DNA from: Nitrospirales bacterium
Lineage (GTDB): Bacteria; Nitrospirota; Nitrospiria; Nitrospirales; UBA8639
Direction: 5' to 3'
DNA: 64,000 bases
Assembly: GCA_965203295.1 (NCBI GenBank)
Contig: CBDBCZ010000010.1
Span: 288,001 to 352,000, forward strand
The notes under the pieces are model-generated. The model was given only the letters and a program-made list of their open reading frames with translations. It was not told the DNA's origin and made no database searches. The translations under genes were made by a program, and so were the position numbers. Each line of letters opens with the position of its first letter. Position 1 is the stretch's first letter. This document shows, piece after piece, positions 1 through 13,090 of the stretch.

Positions 1-523
1 ATGTGTCGTTATGGCTGGACTACCGTGCATACCATCGGAGGCCAACTCTTCGGGAGTCTCATGGATTTGTCATTGTTGATCCAGACCTCCACAAGCAATA
101 TGAGGAGTTTCGAGCTACGAATGCTGTCAGCATTGTGAGTTTACTGCCTCAGAATGAGCTCTTACAAATTTGGTGCAAAACGCAGAAGCTTTCTTCTGTA
201 CGAATAGTGGAGAAGTATGGTGGCAATTACATCAAGTTGTTTAGAAACGGAGTTGATCAACTTGGTCTGTAGGTGCGTGAGAAGCGGGATCAAGTCACTA
301 CCAGAGGATGGGAGAGCCTTTCACTATCACAGATTGACACTCATCCGGAATCTCAGCTCGATAGGGACCACGGTGACACTAAGCCAATTCGGTCAGAAGA
401 GTAGGACTGCAAGATCACAGGTGTTCAACTTCCGGCTGAGCCAATGTCGAAGCTGAAGAAACGATGACAGAAGCAACTTCAGAAGATTAAAAATCGGAAC
501 TTGGTATCGTTAGAGAAGGCCGG

Positions 524-2269
524 ATGCTCAATGATTCCCACATGACCGCTGCCATTCAGCTCCTCAAGCAGCAATTCCCATCTATTCATTGGTTACAGTT
601 AACGCTCCTTGGACAAGACCTCTCGTTTGAGCCTGTGGATATGCCATTTATTCAAATTCTACACGTTGGAGGCCTGCACTGGATAACCGTGGAAGCTTGC
701 CACGACTCACTCATTAGAGTCTATGACAGCCTCCTACCCCACTGTGAGCACATCTGTTCAAACACAGATAGCTTCAATTATGAATTCACAGAAGTCATCT
801 GTCACATTGGTTGCTGAAAGGACCCAATTCCAGGGAGGTGGGGTGGATTGTGGTCTCTTTGCCATAGCCTATGCCACAGATCTCTGCTATGGGAACAACC
901 CAGCGGCTTACAGGTACGTGTTTATTAAGGTAGGAAGAGCCTCACCTTCGAATCCGCGTGATTCTCCTCATGAATAATTAATGAGATGACGTCACTCACG
1001 TGGCGCTAATTAGATTCATTGATATGTTTGCATTTTCCCATGGCGGCAACCGGAATCAACAGGAGGGGTGTGTCACTTTGATGTGGATAGCGGCTCTTTC
1101 ATATGCAATATCGGCACTTTGATGTGGTTGAGCGGTACTCTGATGTTGGCTTTCAACACTTTTTTTTTTTTTTTTTTAAAGATATGACATCATAGAATTG
1201 TGAGTAGGCTTTTTATGTTAGAATAGCTAGCTAGTGTGTTGTAGAAAGTTTGTTAGGCTGCCCGAGTGGCTAGAAGTAAGCCAGACAGACGGATAGTGGC
1301 AGGTTGTTGCCCATCTCAGGTAGGCTAGAATAGTCACCTTTCGGGTCTGTAGGCCCCGCCCATTTTTTTAAAATTAGCTTGAATAGCTAGTTGTGTGAAA
1401 ATCTGTGGAGATTTATAGGGAGAGCTTTGGTGGGTGGTTCTCAGAAACCGAGGGGTGAATGAAAAATCGCATTCCTAATTTTTGTGGGAGTAGGTTGAAG
1501 TTTGTAATGCAGGGCTCGAATTCGTCGGGTGAGCATGGGCGGTTGCCGATTTTTTTTTGAAAGTCAGGATAGCGAAAATGAGGGTTTTTGGGTGGTTGGA
1601 TGCGTTCAGGGCTGTAAAACTGGCTTTGAAGCATTCCTGTGAAAAAGCATACCTACATTTGTAGCCTGTCCTCTGTAGGTACTGGTGTTGTTGCCAGACT
1701 GTGGGTGGGGCTCTAGCAGATTCCAAAATTTCTCGTATTTTAAAGCAACCCGAAATTGCGTTTTTGTGGATTATTTAGCAGGAGGTGTGGTTAGATGCAA
1801 AATTTTTGTCAATTCGAGGTAGACTCTCATGTTATCAACAAAGCCGTCCATTTGAATTGTGGATTCCAGGTGCTCTTCCTACCTTAATATAGTGAAGTAG
1901 TTCCTTTCCCTTTTGCACCATTCTGTGTATAGTAGGCTCTGCTGTATGCTTTCAAATGTGTATATTATCTCAAACTTCTTGTTCATAGGTATGACCAAGC
2001 TGAACTAAGGGATGCACTTCTTCAAGTGCTTACAGGAGGGAAAGATGGAACCATTCCTGTCCCACATGATACGTGCAGGAGGGCCCGTCGGAAATGAAAC
2101 TGTGGGTTTGTACTGTATGTGTCGACTCCCAGACAATGGAGAGGAGCGTATGGCCATGTGCAGCAAGTGTGGGGAGTGGTTTCATGAATCCTGTGAAAGG
2201 ATTCCAAAAGCTGTATTTAAGCAGAACAGCCTGCAGTGGTTTTGTATATCATGCACTCCAGCACTGTAA
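524..2269 (+). pseudogene. Ulp1/C48-like cysteine protease + PHD finger, frameshifted (transposon accessory-type gene)
   Basis: HW..YDS..Q..DCG protease motifs are split over ORFs 524-817 and 723-977. An intron runs about 914-1989, then YDQAELR/MHFFKCL (second frameshift) and a C4HC3 PHD (YCMCRLP..CSKCGEWFHESC..WFCISC). Confidence 0.8.
929..1883. mobile_element. Non-autonomous TTAA-target DNA transposon (Kolobok-type GG..CC ends) in the Ulp1 intron
   Basis: TTAA|GGTAGGAAGAGC at 925-940 and GCTCTTCCTACC|TTAA at 1872-1887: perfect 12-bp TIR and TTAA TSD. Confidence 0.85.
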
Positions 2270-2657
2270 ACCTTTACATCTATTGTGTTCACTTTGAGTT
2301 AAAATGTGATTGTTCATTACTTTTCCACTATTAAAGAGTCAGACAGAAACGCCCAGTCTCTCGGGCCCGCCCACTTCCGCTTGGACGGATGTGGGCTGGC
2401 CCGCGAGACGAAGAAACTGTTACTTCCGTACACAACTTATTTTCACACAACTACTTATAACTTAAAAGTTACCTCAGCAAGGTAAGTGTGCGCCTGGACT
2501 GGGAAAAGATGTCTTTGAACTCCAGCTTAGTCTTGCTGACTGCTATGGGCCTCTTTCCCAGCCGAGTTTTAATACATCCATAAGGCTAATGTGAATTTAT
2601 ATAGGCATTTTTATATTAGGCGTTAATATAAAGTACATGTTGTTTTAAAATTTATAT

Positions 2658-2694
2658 GGGCACATAAATGTGCCCATGGCGTTCAAAGAGTTAA
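2658..2694. mobile_element. piggyBac-like right terminus
   Basis: GGGCACATAAATGTGCCC hairpin then ATGGCGTTCAAAGAG|TTAA. A related end, TTAACTTTGAACGCCATG, occurs at about 55214. Confidence 0.5.
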
Positions 2695-2861
2695 CCCTTC
2701 AGGCACTCAGACATTTTACTTTTCGCGTAGTCTGAACGCTCTCTGCTCGGAAACTCCAGCTCAAGTCAGATGGAGCTTTTGATAGTCTGACATACCTCTA
2801 CACTCTCTCAGACAACCATTAGTGCTTGTAGCTTGAAGCATTCTCGATGGGCCGGGGTCCA

Positions 2862-2902
2862 TAGTCTCGTGAGCCAGGTGTTCAGACTGGCTCGCGAGAC
2901 TA
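2862..2902. mobile_element. 41-bp TAGTCTCG..CGAGACTA mini inverted-repeat element (AcademH-type)
   Basis: Palindromic ends. The 9-bp flanks CGGGGTCCA and GGGGGTCCA match 8/9. It sits in a GGGGTCC-repeat element remnant ending GACACCGG at about 3073. Confidence 0.6.
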
Positions 2903-3528
2903 GGGGGTCCATTCCTCCAGGGGGGAGTTTATTTAGCCGGGGATGGATGGAGTCCCGGGGTCCATTTATCCTAGGAGATTTGGACCGGGGGTCCAACTGT
3001 ACTAGGATAAATGGACCTAGGATTAATTTTCGGGGGGGGGGGGGGGGGGGGTCCAACTGTCCTGCGACACCGGCTCTCTAGTCACTTCGCTTCGATAAAA
3101 GTGGCGTGAACGTGTGCGGGTGAAGAATCGTGTTGTATCTGGAGATCAAGCGGACTTCCGGTATTGCAAGTCTGTCATATTTTGATGGAGAGTAATTTAA
3201 CTGGTAACGGTGCTTGGCGGAGACAAAAGCTACGTGCTAAAAGGAAACTACCAAGAATAGCGGCCCTGTGTAGGGTTTGGGTGGGTTTTTTATGTCCTTA
3301 GTAAACTAGCAAATTATTCTTCCCAGTTGGTAGTATGTAGGCACGCAAGCCGTTTAGATATTAGATAGGGGAAGGCTGGTAATGAGCTTCGGATAAGTGG
3401 AATGGAGAAGTATAGTGTGAGGGGCATTGAAGGTCATAGAATATCAGTTTCGTGCATAGTGTATAAAATATTTGCGGTGAAACTATTGTAAAGTGCGAGG
3501 TAAACCAAGGAACTGTCAAGGAAGCTAT

Positions 3529-5595
3529 TTATGCATGTGAATTCTCTGTGTGGAATTCCAGGAAACAACCACCACGACACAGGTGTACAGGACAGCGATT
3601 GCAGCCGTACACGGTTTCAGGAGTGCGCCCAGACGGATTCCTGTGTCCATGAAGCGAGCAGTTCATACATGCTCCCTTGCGTCCTTCCAACGTCACCTCA
3701 GAATGACCTGGTAGGTTTGGAAGGGAGAAGGCATTGTCGAAGGGTGTTGCCTTTCGCTTTTTACCTCCGTACCGCTTCCTTCCACTGTAGCCACCAATCA
3801 GTTCCGTCGCAAGTTCTAGCCGAAACTCCAAGTCAGTGCGGCGAGATCTCGAGGATGGCCTGTGAGACGAAAGCCCCTCAACTAGGAAAGCATTGGAGAT
3901 GGACACATCCAATAGGTACCAAAAAATGAACCTCCAGCATATCTTGCCAGAACAACCAGATGGATGATACGATCGTAGCTGGTTATACAGATCGACACCA
4001 CCCATGCTGCGTTTGTATAGGTGGACTAGAGCTGGGATTTCAACCTCCTTAACGCGTGGAGGGGCTTTCATACACCTCTGGACCGTGGTGTGCTCGTCTG
4101 GGTTGCAGTTGGAGGAAAGAACCGCAACTTGCCTTTTATCGTACCACAAGGTAACGAGCAGATTTTCCTTCTGCAGCTGGCGCTTCTCGCCAGCTTTGAT
4201 TTTCAACCCCTGCTTTCGTTCTCCTCCTCTTGCCTTGTAGGGATCCTGGTACCTATTGGCACGAAGTGTGCCACAGGCATAGGTACCACGTCGCCGTAGC
4301 TCCTCCACCAGCTGTACAGATGTGAAAAGTTGTCAAAGAAGACATGGCGGTTGCAGTGCTGAAACAGCTCTGTCATGTCCAGGACAACATTGGTGGCCAG
4401 CCCCACTTCACCTCTGCCACTGGAAACTGGCTTTCCAAGGTACATCTCGTAGTTGGAGACGTATCCTGTGTTGGAGTCAGCTGCCATCGAGACTTTGATG
4501 CCATACTTGATGGGCTTTTTTGGCATGTACTGCCTGAAGTACAGTCTCCTCTTGTATTGAATCATGCCTTCGTCCACACTCATGTTTTCGCCAGGAACGT
4601 ACCGGTCTCTGAAGTTCTGTTGGCACAATGTGATCAGCGGGCGGATCTTGTAGAGGGGGTCGTATTCTGGATCGCCTCGGCCTGGCATCGCATCAAAATC
4701 GTTTAGGTGGAGGTAATGGTACAGAGCCTCAAAGCGCTCCCGTGGCATCACTGACTGGATCCCCGCATTGCGAAGGTAAAGATCAGTCGACCAATAATAA
4801 GCAATAGCAGGCTTTTGGTCGATCCCCGTTATGATGTTAATGCCAATGAACACCCTTATCTCCTGCAGTGCGGTGGGGTACCACTTCCGGTCTGGCTTCT
4901 CTACCTGCCTCTGCATCGCGTACCGATTGGTTTCACTGGTCACCGTCTCGAAAAAGAGTGGCTCCCAGAAGAGGCTAAAGGAGTCTGCCAGAGTGGCATC
5001 CTGTGGCAGCTGGTGAACTGGACCAGCAGACTCTTCGAAGGGTCGAAGCATGGGGATCGGCTGCACCCTCTCCGACCATCTCGTCCCAATCAAGTCAGCA
5101 GTGCCTGTGTATGGAATTTTTATTTGTTACAATGCATTATCAGAGTGTTTGTTGCGTATTATGGAAACACTACATGTACTCACCAGGACTGACTCTGCCT
5201 GTGGCAGGTGAGACTGGCGGAGACGGTGAGGAAGTTGTGCCCCAGGGAGGTGAATCGGGTGGGGATGGTGTCAAAGTGATACCAGTGCCTTCTGCAGTGA
5301 AAGAATGCAAGTCAGTGTGCAGTTGTAGGTGCCTGAAATGTGACTTACCATCACAGTCCTCTGCATTCTCCTCATCAGAGACTGCATTCTCACTTTCGCC
5401 ACCTTTGTAAAAATGTAATAAAAATCTGTTGTATTCATTGTTTTTAGAGCTTTAATACCATAATCTGCACTCATCGTCACTGGGCTCATCCGAATCGGAC
5501 TCGTCAGAATCCAGATGGATCATAAAGAGGGCTTCCAGTGCTGCTCTGTCACTGAGAATGTCATCAAGTACACTGCCACCGGTTCCAGCAGCCAT
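3529..5595 (-). pseudogene. piggyBac (PGBD4-like) transposase, spliced 5' end, frameshift near 4310
   Basis: SVDEGM, KPIKYGIK, FFDNF, MGGVD motifs and C-terminal Cys-rich domain (CMNC..CNRC..LC..CF..FH) in ORFs 4203-5093 and 3529-4308. An acidic N-terminal exon starts at ATG 5595. Confidence 0.92.
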
Positions 5596-5662
5596 TCTCA
5601 AGCTCTAGCTCTCTTTACACTATACAATCTCTGTTGATACGCACCTTGAAACTTTGTGAATA

Positions 5663-6360
5663 CCGTATAATTTCTAATTATTCGCCCCTCTAATTATTCG
5701 CCACACCCCAATTTTCTGGGAAAAACCACAATTTATTTCCTCCAAGAATTCATAGGCCCATTCTGAAATTATTTTTCTAATATTCGTTTTCTAATATTCG
5801 CCACCTGCTGCATGCTCAGTTTCTACTAGTATTACTTCTGATTATGTAAGCAGAAATGCCCTGGAGTGTGACTAGCAGATACAGAAAGCCATACCAAGGA
5901 CAAGGAGGCAGGCCCAACCTACCTGTGCGTGCACTGTTTCTTATGAATGTTGTTATTGCTGTGCACTATTAGCTGTGTAGTAGCGAGTGACAAGCGCAAG
6001 CACGCTGTTGCAGTTTGTTGCATGTGCTAGAGCACCTACTTACTGCCCGTTGGCTATATCTTCGGTGGCTGTGTGTGCGCAAGTTCATGTCATTGCGGAA
6101 TGCTGAAGACTGAAGTAGCAGAAGTAGAAGAAAGCATGGAGAGCTTGTGGCCTGTTAACCCATGCAGGAGAGCTTGTGGCCTGTTAACCCATGCAAGTAA
6201 AGAGTGAATCTCCTGACAAGCTGCCCATATCTCAGGCTAATCTTCTATATATTCGCCACCACTCGTTAAAAATGAAATTTTTTAAATTAATTACCTCCAA
6301 TGAATTTGCCAACCCAAAATGAAATTATTTAATTAGGATGAATAATTAAAAATTATACGG
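5663..6360. mobile_element. Tc1/mariner-pogo-type MITE with TA TSD
   Basis: TA|CCGTATAATTTCTAATTATTC ... GAATAATTAAAATTATACGG|TA. Internal 29-bp tandem duplication at about 6138-6195. Confidence 0.85.
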
Positions 6361-6759
6361 TAGTTGCAAATGCACTCCGCAGCTGCATGAGCCTAGATTG
6401 CAGCGCCTTTCTAAAGGGTTATGTATACTGATATCGGGGGGGGGGGGGGGGGGGGGGAGGCAGCCGGCTAGGTAAGTTTCATGGCGGTATAGCTGGGAAT
6501 GTTTTTATGGGACCCCACCACAAGGTAGGCCTGACTAGAATTCCTGATGTGCGCGCGTTAGTATCCCGTAGCTAAAGGGGGTCGCGTTGCTTTGTAGTCG
6601 AGGTGACGCATTGCCGATGGCGGCGACATCTACATGCAGCGGGCGCATTTGGCCACTGCCGCGCGTATTGGCTGGGCATTGCGCGGGCGCATTTGGCCGC
6701 GACCGGGTGTAAAGTATGGAAGCCGAGGTACGGTGGCCCTGGGAGACACTCCGCGACGC

Positions 6760-6905
6760 AAGCGGGAGCGCCGCCCAGCTAGCGTAGGTATAAACGCCGG
6801 TCAGGCGGACTCCGCGATGCGAGCGGGAGCGCCGCCCAGCTAGCGTAGGTATAAACGTCGGTCAGGCGGACTCCGCGATGCGAGCGGTGCGGGAGCGCCG
6901 CCCGA
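6760..6905. repeat. GC-rich tandem repeat of about 60 bp, about 2.3 copies
   Basis: GCGGGAGCGCCGCCCAGCTAGCGTAGGTATAAACG..GGTCAGGCGGACTCCGCGATGCGA repeated. Confidence 0.8.
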
Positions 6906-7372
6906 CTACCGGAATCAACTCTACTGGGTGCCGCCGAAGAGGCGGAATGTCCGCTCGTCTGGCGGAATCTTCTCCGCTGTATATATATATATATATAATA
7001 TATAGGCGGGAGTGTTGCGGCAACTGCGCAGAACTGGATTTTTGTCTATATATATAATCGACCGATGTGCACGTGCATCTGCAGCAGGCTGACAACCAAC
7101 TGTTGTACAACTACATATGCGCTCGATGAGGTTGCTAAGAATGGATAAAAAAAGGTTAGGGTGAGGTTAAAACTTTGTAAATATGAAGTTGTATATAGGC
7201 TCTGGGTGAGACGCTGTAGCAATATCTTTGTTTTATTTTATTTGATTATGAAACTCTTTTGGCCGAGCAGCTGATGAACACGCTTCCAGAAGAGCCAGTC
7301 GTCATTATAAGTATGAATACACTCTGCGCGAACGCATGCGCAATCACGTCTTGCACGTATTGTTTACGCGGG

Positions 7373-9670
7373 AATGAGAGAGAAGATGAGCAAGAAGATT
7401 GCTAGCTATTTTCTACACCTTTCTGACAGTATGCTAGTGAAAGCAAGGGAGCTGATAGAGGTACGCTATGCACTGTGATATGTTGGACTGCAAAACGCTA
7501 TAGGCCGTTAGTACACGGTCGACGTGCATGCATGGTGCTGCCTCTTTTGTTGAGAGCTAGATTAGATGGCCGTGAGCACAGTATTGACCATCTGTACTTT
7601 CAATTGGTACATGGTAGACCGTAAGGCGGTGGAGACAGACAGGATTGCAGTTGCTGGAAGTGGTATGTGTCTGTTTGGCAAATGCGGGCCAGTATATATG
7701 TAGAGCTGCAGATTATCTGTCTGCACCGTGTGGCATGTGTATTTCTGAAAGGCTCTGGTCATGTGTTTGAACGAGGCCAGGCAATCGCACGAAACATCAA
7801 GAAGCGCAAGTTGAGTGCAGCACAGAAGCATACTCAGAAGCATAGTGGTACTGGGGTACCAGTGCATGTTTAGGTAATTATAAATTACATGACAAATAAT
7901 ACATGGCAGTAATTACTCTGTAGTAGCCTTATTTTACAGATGAATGTGTACAAGATGATGGTCACTCATGCTGGAAAGTTCGTAAAAGATTCAGCTGCTG
8001 TTGAAGTTTGCCTGGATAAGCAGGATGGTTATGTCCAAGTAGCAATGAAGGCTGCCCATGCACTAGGCACTGTCCAGCCTGAAGGAAAGAAGTTTGCTCT
8101 TGTCAGTGCAGCATCCGGAGCTCTGTTGCCAACCCAGCTCAAAGATAAAACTGTGTGGACACTTGGGTTTTTTTGCGACAGAGACATAAGAAGGCCAGCA
8201 AGATTGAGTTTGGATTGGCAGCGGTCGACGAGACCATAAAGTGTGATCAGGTATGACGTGTATATGATTGCATAAGTTAGATTACTGAGAATATTGACTT
8301 TGAGGCCCCTGTTTAGGAGATGATGGTTGATGTACCAGTGGATTCAAGAGCTCAACTGTCCAAAGCCTCAGATGACATAGAAGGTACAGGGCTTATACAA
8401 TTCATTCTTTTGAAATTTAATTGACACAATAATTTAACTTCATTTTACAGTATGGTATAGTCGTGTGAGTGAGGATAGCAGTGATAGCCTTCCAGATGAT
8501 TTTTCAAGATCTGCTGCATGGCTACATGTGCAAGTTGATAAAGATTCAGAAGTGGAAATGGATTCCACTGAGCCATTTCTTCCCGAGAATGAGGGATTTC
8601 GGGTCTCACGCCTCATCAGACACACACCAGAAGGTACGTTGCAATCATTGAAGTGTGATCCAAAAATAAGGGGTAGAGGGAAGGCGCATAATATACATAC
8701 GGTATTTAGAAAATTTATAGGAGCTTTCAAGTTCTTGAGAACATGCAGTTACATGTATGTTTTTAGTGCTTCTACTGTGTCTCAAGTGGGTGTTCTGTGG
8801 TAGCTAGCTAGCAACTACTTACTGAAGCTTTCAAAACATGGCTATGCCTTGTCAACTCACAAAGTGCCTTAAGCCACAGCACATACTTATTATATACTCA
8901 GGGAAACAGACCATACTAGAGCCTGGAAGTGGGGGCTCTTTGAAAGTTACTGGATCCACATCTGGTATGAATGTATAATCTGAAGAGCATTATGTGATTG
9001 AGATCCCTTATCATTATATCCTAATCTTTAAATACCAGACTTTCAGCTACTATATAAAAGTCCTCCAGACATCACATTGGCATCCTTGAAGAGTGTGTAC
9101 CCTCTCTACTGCTTGTCTTCCCACCATGAGAAAACAACATACAAGTGGGTAATTATGGATCGCCCTGATCACCACTTCCCTTCCACCCGTTACATGTGCG
9201 AAAAGCAGGGCTGTACAAGTGTACAGCAACGTGTGGCTTGTAGAGCAAGAGTGAAATTTTACTGTTCATCTCAAGCCAACTGCTGGTATGCAAATTTGAA
9301 GTGTTATCATGCATGTGATCAATCAAATACCTGATTATTGAAGGTATCAAGTGTAGTACTGAATGTACATGTATTAACTTTCTTGTAGACCTTTCCCAAG
9401 CAAAGACATCCTTCACACGGCGAAGAGAAATTCGAGGTAGCGTTGATGTGTGCACCGCCTAAAACTTTTGGGTCCCTAATGAAAATCTATTTCATTCTCC
9501 TTCACCTAGAGCAAGGCCTTTCCATGCAGTTCAGGAGAGAAGAGCGCGAGGAGGCCACTGCCCAGTTTAGTTCTGGACGCCTGATAGGAACAGGTGCATA
9601 TGGGACTGTCTATTTGGGCTAAAATCTTCGCAATAGCGGAACCTCTGTGGCGGTGAAAGTTCTGAACAAG
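7373..9670 (+). pseudogene. IRAK/Pelle-like kinase 1, truncated after subdomain II
   Basis: Exon about 9510-9670 reads MQFRREEREEATAQFSSGRLIGTGAYGTVYLG*NLRNSGTSVAVKVLNK then a GT donor, with an in-frame stop. Upstream exons (7373-8633) are tentative and of unknown domain. Confidence 0.7.
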
Positions 9671-9680
9671 GTATATAATT

Positions 9681-9862
9681 GCCTAGCATCTTGACAACCG
9701 TTGGTCTTATCATTACCCTCCCTGCTATATACATGTAGCCTCACTTAATATAATACCATTAATTTGCTGTCCTCGTAGCCTAGCATCCTGACAACCGTTG
9801 GTCTTATCATTACCCTCCCTGCTATATACATGTACCATGATACCATTCATTTGTTGTCCTCG
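9681..9862. repeat. Tandem duplication of about 97 bp in an intron
   Basis: GCCTAGCATC.TGACAACCGTTGGTCTTATCATTACCCTCCCTGCTATATACATGTA occurs at 9681 and 9778. Confidence 0.85.
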
Positions 9863-11009
9863 GAGTCATTGTCTAGATGTTTTTCTTTTGAGTATGATAT
9901 CCACAGACTCAGTGACTGAGTTTGTTTGCTAAGTATACATAGACAGCTTTAAGGTTTGTGGCATCCATATCTTCTCTCTGCATGTGAAATCCATTTCCAA
10001 AGTGCAACTCTGGCTAGTGTTTCAAAGGAGGGTGGATAAAATGGTGGGGATGATTGCGACTTTTCCCTCATTGCCCGAACCCAGATGTTGTGATCTACTG
10101 TCTTCAAGTGGTCTTCTGCACCTGTACATTAGATGACTACTATATAGTGATATCCATAGTTACAGAGCATGGCTGAGCATGGCTGAACATGCAGCTACCC
10201 ACCAACATGTGCAGGCATATCATATAGTGTGGCTGATGTCAGGAGGGGACCACACACTGATCATGTTGGTAGGAGGTATGTTATTTCATAGCGAGTACTT
10301 ACATTCGTACTGACTGTTCTCCCCTAGATATCCTAATTTATTGTTACCATTTAAATTTAGTGTGATTAGTAGGTATTCCCCCATTCCTTTCCAGTGAGCA
10401 TTCCGATGGTTCAAGTCAGAGGAAAGCCTCATTCCCATGCCAGAATGGGAATGAACTAGGAGGGGAAGTAACATGTGGTAATGGACCAGATGTTACTTCC
10501 TGTTATTACTGCAGTACCTCTTAGGGTGTGTTGATTTATATTTCTTCAACTGAGACCACCACTCCTCTATTTTCTAAGTACCTCTTTACTACTCCACCAG
10601 GAAGGTGGTTGCCAACTCAGTTCAGAGTACAGAGTAAAGAGTACCTGGGGCAGCTTATTTTTCTTTTGATATGGTTGAAAGAATGTAATTAAAATTGTAT
10701 AGCCCGTTACTAGCGTCACGATCTTGAGGGTCGGTGCGAATCAGGACCGGCGGCGTAGCCATACCGACTGGTCTCGATATTCACTGCTGACTCGATTCTG
10801 GGAACGTCGCAAAGGTCGGAACAAGCGGTGTAAATTCTGCTGCCGGTACGTCGATTCGATTCTGGAACAGTCGCAAAAAACAAATTCTACCGGTCTCACT
10901 CAAGCCGCTAAGGAAAATAAAGAGGCTGCTCAACCTTGAACAAACCCTTTTATATGTGCATTTCCCGCCAAATGCATGCGTCATATGACGTTGGGAGCAT
11001 ATTTCCTGT

Positions 11010-12650
11010 CTAATTCCTACGGTCGGCCAAAGAATTGTGCCTGATTTTGTGTGTATTCCAGTCCCTCATGAACTCATCCAGTTCACTCTGCAGCACACCA
11101 GCAAATGTAAACGCAAGACACTGCCTGTATAAAGCAAGAACACTTGTAGAGTATGACTACATGTAGTCTTAGTCCTCATCACAGTGTTCAATAACAAATT
11201 TAACTCATTTTTGAAGTGCTATCATTATCTTGTGAGTGCATGTGTACTTGCATGATTTTGTCACCTGCACATGCGCATGCATTGCACACATACAGTCAGT
11301 TACTGCTACTGAAACAGTAACTTATATACATGACTAACTGTATCTATGCATATTACTTCCTACCTGTGCAAGTCACAGTTGCTATCAAACAGTCTGTTGG
11401 CAACAAGGTCCTGCATGTGCATTACGATAATTATTATACAGTTTTAATTAAATTCGAGGGAAATATTAATCCTATATTAGACATGTACCTTGCAAACATC
11501 AATCCACCAATGAGATTTATATTTCTTCAACTGAGACCGCCACTCCTCTATTTTCTGAATAAATGAGTTTGAAATGCCATGCATCTCGCAATGTTTTTTG
11601 CAACATACTGTAGAAACTAGTAATGTGTTTTTTGTCAGTAGTGCTACCTATTCACTACTGTGGTTTGCTAGTCTCCACAGTTGTAAGCTGAAGCCTTATA
11701 TGTACATGTTGTTTTAGGCATAGTAAACTGAAAGCCATGCAGGTGTTTCAATTGTGTTACACTGACGGATCACCAACTTTAGGATGCCCAGCTATTCTGA
11801 GGAGCGACTATGGTACCGAAAATGCGACTTTAGCTACAATTCATGTAACATTCAGGCTGCAACACGTAGACTCTTTAGCAGGAGAGAAAAGTTTCATACA
11901 TATAATTATGTACGGTAGTATTTGCACCTGCCATCTGCTGAACACATTCGAGGTAATAGCGAGCAATCACTTTGGAGTTGCTGTTTGTAGGCGCCAATTT
12001 TAGCCATAGAAGTCGTCTGGAAAATCTAATAGCATAAAAGAAACACTCATAGTAATTTACATGTTGTATGCTTAACTACATTAACATACCCATCAATAGC
12101 ACCATGAATTGTCAATCCAAAAGGTGTCAACTTATCATATCCATCGATGTGCCATATATAGTTTGGTCCCTGTTCGGGAGGAGGAATTAATACTAAAACC
12201 TTGAAACTAAAGACATAAAAAATATTACTTTGTTTCTATAGATCCTCCTCTTAAGTTTTCGCTGTCTCCTAAGAGACACTCCTTCAGGATCTTCATCCTT
12301 TAACAATCTTCGTACAGTCTCTCTGTGTGGATTAATAATCATGGTGTTTATATAGTGCTGATCCCGCATTAAGGAACAACGTGCATGGCTATCTGTGGTG
12401 TACTGAGATGGGTATCTTAACTATACTATAGACAATAATGGTGGAGGAACAAGCGTTTTACCAACGAACGTTTTACAGCATTTCAATACACTTCAAGGAA
12501 GAGTCAAAGTGCTGTCAAAACACAAAATGTATACTATACCATTAAAGTACATAAAGCATTATACCTGAGAACGATGACTTTGAATTTATCACGCAACAAC
12601 TTCCATACCGCCCTGTAGCCCCTCAAGGAATCTGAAGTTCTCAGGAGACT
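11010..12650 (-). pseudogene. IS3EU-like integrase-core DDE transposase 1 (exons 4-11; one exon inverted)
   Basis: Minus-strand exons SLRGYRAVWKLLRDK, ETVRRLLKDEDPEGV, GPNYIWHIDGYDKL..HGAIDG, FSRRLLWL, KIEEWRSQLKK, DLVANRLFD, LDEFMRDWNTHKIR. The GCPAILRSDYGTEN exon lies on the plus strand at about 11782-11897. Confidence 0.85.
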
Positions 12651-13090
12651 CTATACATTCAAAAATACAACATCATGTATAGTGTGCAATACTAGCACAT
12701 CCATGCAGTGTGACAGTTAATGAAACTTGAACAGGGTTTATAGTTATTATAGTTTTGCAAAGAACCCGGCTCGCGACACAAGTGCCTAGCTAGTGCAATG
12801 TCACCGGCATGTTAAGCCAGAACGAGCATTACAGTGAACACAATAATCATTGTTAAAACTCAAGAAATTGTAGACGATAGTGATACAAAAGCGTTTACCT
12901 AACTGAATACTCAGCATTACAGTGAAACCTTCATGATAAATTATAAACACAATAATTGCTGTCACTCAAGAAATTGTAAAGACTACAGTGATACAAGTGT
13001 TTGCCAACTGAACTAATGTATATAATACTATAATTATAAGTCTTGACCAAAGTCTGTTGTGAACATCGTACAGTAACACTAAGTCCATGA

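Larger units (their letters stand above)
2695..6418 (-). mobile_element. piggyBac element 1 (degenerate)
   Basis: TTAA|CCCTTCAG at 2691 and CTAAAGGG|TTAT at 6411-6422 (weak TIR match) bracket a piggyBac transposase. Confidence 0.6.

Noticed and set aside
2354..2410. Another Academ-type mini element
   Set aside because: The palindrome is imperfect, both ends are mutated and there is no convincing TSD.
10700..11010. Possible transposon end with CGATTC motifs
   Set aside because: No terminus or partner end could be identified.
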